Positions 50,920 through 55,033 of a stretch of 55,033 bases of DNA are shown here, piece by piece. Under the pieces are notes generated by a model, which worked only from the letters and a program-made list of their open reading frames with translations, did no database searches and had not been told where the DNA came from. The stretch spans positions 1 to 55,033 of the forward strand of contig JAEXDU010000007.1 in the NCBI GenBank assembly GCA_023401495.1. Direction: 5' to 3'. Position 1 is the first letter of the stretch; each line of letters begins with the position of its first letter. A program made the translations under genes and the position numbers. The stretch comes from Bacillota bacterium. GTDB taxonomy: Bacteria; Bacillota; Clostridia; Oscillospirales; Acutalibacteraceae.

Positions 50920-52137
50920 CTATTCGCATTTTCTTTTGACCACAACCTCTTTTTCCTGATATTTATAGGGGACGAAATACTCCTTATGGCCAAGGTGCTC
51001 CGCGTTGGTCGGTTCGCCGGAACAAACCCGGATCACCTCATCGCACAGATTTTCGCACAGTTGTTCTAGAGTGACCTCGCCGCTTAAGACCGGCCCGGCG
51101 TTAAAGTCCATATCCCCGCTCATTCGGTGGAAGGTACCGCTGTTCCCGGTGATTTTATACACCGGAGCCACCGCGCTGCCCACGATATTCCCGCGGCCGG
51201 TCACCAGAAACACCAGCTGACAGCCGCACGAGATCAAATCCATAAGCCCTTCGTTGTCGTTGGGATTGGTATAGCCAAAACCCATCCAGTACGGGTCTGG
51301 CGTGCTGTCGAGCAGCCATAGCCCGTTTTTGGGCGGGTGCTGGGAGACCTTGATCACGCCGCTGATGGGTCGGCTGCCGCTTTTGATCACAGCGCCCATG
51401 CTCTTCTCTTCAATGGAGGAAAGGCCGCCCGCGAAATTCCCGGGAGAAACGGAATACTGGCGCACCGACTTGCAGTACTCCAGCGCTTTGTCATAGGTAT
51501 AGGCAAGCTGTTCCCGCGCGCAGTCGTCCGCGGCCCGCTGTACCAGCAGGTCTTTCAGGCCCACTGCTTCCACAATTTCTTCAAACACGGCGGTGCCGCC
51601 CAGATCGACCAGCTTATCGTAAAAGCGGCCGACCACCACATTCCCGGCCAGACCGGAGGTATAGTCCGAGCCGCCGCATTCCGCGCCAACAACCAGATCG
51701 GAAAAGCCCATCGGCACCACGGGCGTCTGCCGGAGCTCTTCGAGCAGCAGGCGGGCCTGCTGCAGGCCGTATTCGATGGAAGGCTCGGTGCCCCCGTGCT
51801 CCTGCACAAAGAACCACTGCGCCGGTTTCCCGGCCTCCAGCGCTTTTTCCGCCAGGTGCTTCGGCTGCACATACTCGCAGCCAAGGCCCACAGCCAGCAC
51901 GCCCCCCACGTTCGGGTGACGGATCAGGGCCAGCAGAAGCCGCACCGCGTACTCATTGTCGCAGCAGCCGTCAAAGCCGACAACATCCACATCGCTGCTG
52001 TCGATACGGCGTGCAATCTCTTTCGCAACATGCGAGGAACACTCCACCGTATACACAACCAGCAGCTTATTGCGGATCCCCTTCCTGCCATCCTGGCGAA
52101 GATACCCTTTCCAGCGTACATTCTGATACTCTTTCAT
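50920..52137 (-). CDS. UxaA/GarD-family dehydratase, catalytic subunit
   Basis: [33 protein letters not shown]; no SAF domain. Confidence 0.9.
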   Translation of the reverse strand: MKEYQNVRWKGYLRQDGRKGIRNKLLVVYTVECSSHVAKEIARRIDSSDVDVVGFDGCCDNEYAVRLLLALIRHPNVGGVLAVGLGCEYVQPKHLAEKALEAGKPAQWFFVQEHGGTEPSIEYGLQQARLLLEELRQTPVVPMGFSDLVVGAECGGSDYTSGLAGNVVVGRFYDKLVDLGGTAVFEEIVEAVGLKDLLVQRAADDCAREQLAYTYDKALEYCKSVRQYSVSPGNFAGGLSSIEEKSMGAVIKSGSRPISGVIKVSQHPPKNGLWLLDSTPDPYWMGFGYTNPNDNEGLMDLISCGCQLVFLVTGRGNIVGSAVAPVYKITGNSGTFHRMSGDMDFNAGPVLSGEVTLEQLCENLCDEVIRVCSGEPTNAEHLGHKEYFVPYKYQEKEVVVKRKCE

Positions 52138-52255
52138 CTCTGCTTCTCCATGTTGAACTCATTTTTCATCAAACGGTGGAACTGTAGCGGTCATGTCTCC
52201 ACCGACTTCGGCGGGGGATATGACCATAGCCCTGTATTTTCACTGCGAATGACGG

Positions 52256-52588
52256 TTACTCATAGTGCGTATCCGTCGGCGCACCGGTCACAACATCCAG
52301 GCTCGACGATCTTGCGTCGTACAGGCTTTTCATATTGTGCAGATGGACCCATTGTCCCGTTTTGATTTCTTTGGTAGCGCACCCAATCACCACACCGTAT
52401 TTCACGATGTTCTCGCCGGGCGCAATATCGCGGAGCGCGAGCTTGTGCCCTGCCGGTATCTCTTCGGCAACGGTGACGCTCGGCTGGGACGGGTCGCCGT
52501 GCGCCGCGGCGGTGCCCGGCACAAGGGTCTGGAGCGCGGTGGCCACATTATCCGCCTGATCGATCTGGAAAACGGCCTGCTCGGTCAT
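52256..52588 (-). CDS. UxaA-family SAF-domain subunit
   Basis: DNVATAL, IPAGHKLAL, KYGVVIG, WVHLHN. Confidence 0.9.
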   Translation of the reverse strand: MTEQAVFQIDQADNVATALQTLVPGTAAAHGDPSQPSVTVAEEIPAGHKLALRDIAPGENIVKYGVVIGCATKEIKTGQWVHLHNMKSLYDARSSSLDVVTGAPTDTHYE

Positions 52589-52602
52589 ACTCCCGGCCCC
52601 CT

Positions 52603-53268
52603 TTACAAAATGCCGAATTTGGCGAAGGCCGCGGTTGCGGTCATGCCGCCCTCGATCGCTTTTCGGACCACTTTCTCGCCCGCCGCTTTTTCCAGCGCCT
52701 TTTCAAATACTTCTGTTTCGTATTTCTGTGGAATGATCAGCACGCCGTCGATGTCACCGAACACGATATCGCCGGGATTGACCCACACGTCGCCGAATTC
52801 GATCGGGCAACGGAAATCTACCACCTGCGTGCGCACGGAGGAATCCTGCGCGTAGCAGCCGCAGCTGAACACCGGCCAGTTCTGCTCGAGCACCTGCGGC
52901 GTGTCGCGGTGCCAGCCATTGACAACGGCGCCCGCCGCTTTTCTGGTTCTGGCGGTGGCCGTGAGCAGCTCGCCCCAATAGGCGCAGCGCTTCGTGCCGC
53001 CGGTGGCAAGATAAATCTCATCCTCTTCGAGCTGATCGAGCGCCTCTGTGAGAAGGCCGAACGGTTTTTTCTGCGGCCCGTACACATCGATCATCAGAAC
53101 CGGCATCGCGCGGCCTACCAGCTTCATATCGTCGCGCAGGGGGCGGACGTCCTGCGGAAGAAACTGATGGTAGCAGCCGAGGCCGTCCAGAATATCCCCC
53201 ACAACGGGGGTGTACAGACGTTCTTTCACGAGCGCAAACAGTTCCTTGTCGTTATTCCATTGTGCCAT
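52603..53268 (-). CDS. RraA/HMG-CHA aldolase family protein
   Basis: [31 protein letters not shown]. Confidence 0.88.
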   Translation of the reverse strand: MAQWNNDKELFALVKERLYTPVVGDILDGLGCYHQFLPQDVRPLRDDMKLVGRAMPVLMIDVYGPQKKPFGLLTEALDQLEEDEIYLATGGTKRCAYWGELLTATARTRKAAGAVVNGWHRDTPQVLEQNWPVFSCGCYAQDSSVRTQVVDFRCPIEFGDVWVNPGDIVFGDIDGVLIIPQKYETEVFEKALEKAAGEKVVRKAIEGGMTATAAFAKFGIL

Positions 53269-53397
53269 GGTGAAACCCTCCCACTGTTTTTTGGCATATC
53301 TCATTCCATTTTTAAAAAGCTGTTCGCACCTTCCCCGGCCTGCGGCAGAGGAAGGTGCCGCTATTTTCACATAACGTACTTTTCAGGTGATTTCGCC

Positions 53398-54168
53398 TTA
53401 AAAGCCGATCAGAGCGCCGCCATCCACCGGGAGCGCAACGCCGTTGACAAATTTCGCGGCGGGAGAGCAAAGGTACACAACCGCCCAGCCGATATCCTCC
53501 GGATCGCCGAACCGGTTCATCGGCGTTCTGCCGAGAATCTTCTGCTGGCGGGGCGGATCGTTATCGACGGCCTTGTGGAACATGGGCGTATCGATCCAAC
53601 CGGGCGCGACCGCGTTGACGCGGATTCCGTCTGCGGAGACCTCGGCGGCCAGCGAGCGCACCATTCCCAGAAACGCGGATTTGGCTGCGGCGTAGCCCAT
53701 CACATAGGGCATGCCGATAAACGAGGTCATCGACGCCGTAAAGACGATGCTGCCCTTTTGGTTCTTCCTCATATGAGGGACAAATGCGCGGGTGAACGCG
53801 TAAGAACCGACCACGTGGACGTTGAGTACATCGGTAAAATCCTTAACGGACATTTCTTCAATCGGCTTTTTGCAGTGATTGCCCGCGTTGTTGCACAGGA
53901 TGGTCACATCGCCGTGCTCCTTTACGATTTGGTCGGCGATTTCCTGCGCGCGGTCGGTATCGGTCACATCGTAAGCATAATAGCTCGCGCCGCCGCCCAG
54001 CTCTTCGCACGCTTTTTGGAGCTTATCGGCATCCCGGGCCAGAAGGACGACCTCGGCCCCCGAGGCTACCATACATTTTGCCATCGCAAACCCAAGACCG
54101 GTGGCGCCGCCGGTAATGACGGCACGCTCCCCTTTCAGAGAAAACATATTTTTGAATTCTTCGCTCAT
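53398..54168 (-). CDS. SDR oxidoreductase (gluconate 5-dehydrogenase/KduD-like)
   Basis: TGGATGLG, NNAG, YAAAK, VNAVAPG. Confidence 0.9.
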   Translation of the reverse strand: MSEEFKNMFSLKGERAVITGGATGLGFAMAKCMVASGAEVVLLARDADKLQKACEELGGGASYYAYDVTDTDRAQEIADQIVKEHGDVTILCNNAGNHCKKPIEEMSVKDFTDVLNVHVVGSYAFTRAFVPHMRKNQKGSIVFTASMTSFIGMPYVMGYAAAKSAFLGMVRSLAAEVSADGIRVNAVAPGWIDTPMFHKAVDNDPPRQQKILGRTPMNRFGDPEDIGWAVVYLCSPAAKFVNGVALPVDGGALIGF

Positions 54169-54321
54169 TTGCTTGATCTCCCTTTCCCTATGAAATAGCA
54201 TCTGTTTTCCCCCTGCCTTTGGCGAGGGATGTGCTTGTATCTTTTTGGTAGTTTATTCTCCCCATCAGTTACGGAAAGAATGTCGGTATCTTTCCTGCCG
54301 TTCGTTGCTTCCCTGCCGTTT

Positions 54322-55033
54322 TTACAGGGTCAGCACTTTATAAGAGACACAATTCCTTTCGATCAACTCCCAGTCAAGCTCCGCGCCGATGCCCGGTGTT
54401 TTGGGCACGGTGATGATCCCGTGATCGTCAATGGGGAGCTTCCCCTTCATCGGGAACTGGAAGCTCTCTTCCGGCACAAAATATTCAAAGAAACGGCAGT
54501 TGCGGATCGCGCAGGAAACATGAAGATTGACGATGTCCATATAGGTCATGGTCGTGGTGTGAATTTCACAGCGCAGGCCAAAACTGTCTGCCAGATGGGC
54601 GATTTTCAGCGTGCCGGTAATGCCGCATTTCCAGGAAACATCGGCGCGTACAATGTCCGCCGCACGCTGGCTGATGACCTGCGCCACACCCCAGTGAGCG
54701 CCGCGCGTCGTCTCCGTTGCGGCGATCGGGATATCCAGCGTTTTGCAGAGCTCCTGATATTTGTAAAGCTCGAAATCGCGGAACGGCTCTTCAAACCACA
54801 GGTAGTTGAGTTTTTCCAGATGGCGGCCCACCGTGATCGCTTCGTCCAGACTGTATTCGCCGACGGGGTCTGTCATCAGGCCCATGTCGGGGCCAACCGC
54901 TTCGCGGAGCTTCTGGTGAATTTCCATATCAAACTCATACGGGCCGGGCGGATGCACCTTATAGAACGGAATGCCCTTGTCACGATAGTACAGCGCTTCG
55001 TTCACATAGGCATCCACGGTATCATAGAAAAGG
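54322..55033 (-). CDS. Mandelate racemase/enolase-superfamily dehydratase, 5'-truncated by the window edge
   Basis: YKVH, LMTD, WFEEP, ATE, CEIH, PGIG motifs. Confidence 0.88.
   Translation of the reverse strand, partial: LFYDTVDAYVNEALYYRDKGIPFYKVHPPGPYEFDMEIHQKLREAVGPDMGLMTDPVGEYSLDEAITVGRHLEKLNYLWFEEPFRDFELYKYQELCKTLDIPIAATETTRGAHWGVAQVISQRAADIVRADVSWKCGITGTLKIAHLADSFGLRCEIHTTTMTYMDIVNLHVSCAIRNCRFFEYFVPEESFQFPMKGKLPIDDHGIITVPKTPGIGAELDWELIERNCVSYKVLTL

Overview
Chromosomal window from a clostridial (Oscillospirales-like) Firmicute with two parts. (1) About 1-18560 is a visibly AT-richer, decaying genomic island that abuts the 3' end of a minus-strand tRNA-fMet (18562-18638). It carries a frameshifted RelE/HigB-XRE toxin-antitoxin cassette, many gene and IS remnants, a LysR / opine dehydrogenase / TctCBA / amidohydrolase operon, and a sigma-54 regulon. 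The regulon has an enhancer-binding protein, an NhaC transporter and two small genes (16156-17096) that together resemble a split McbB/cucumopine-synthase-family Pictet-Spenglerase. This pair is the standout candidate for an undescribed system. Its operon appears to have been duplicated and then reciprocally deleted. (2) About 18640-55033 is mostly core genome with small islets: GNAT, tRNA-Leu, msrAB, uxaA-uxaB-lacI-uxaC, two CDP-alcohol phosphotransferases, ybaK, ABC-F, DtxR/MarR regulators, T-box-pheST, ireB, small unannotated ORFs, amt with an ANTAR-like leader, TetR-MFS, a YesMN-type two-component system with an ABC binding protein, and a sugar-acid catabolic cluster. Family assignments come from reading motifs and from recalled sequences; no database searches were run.
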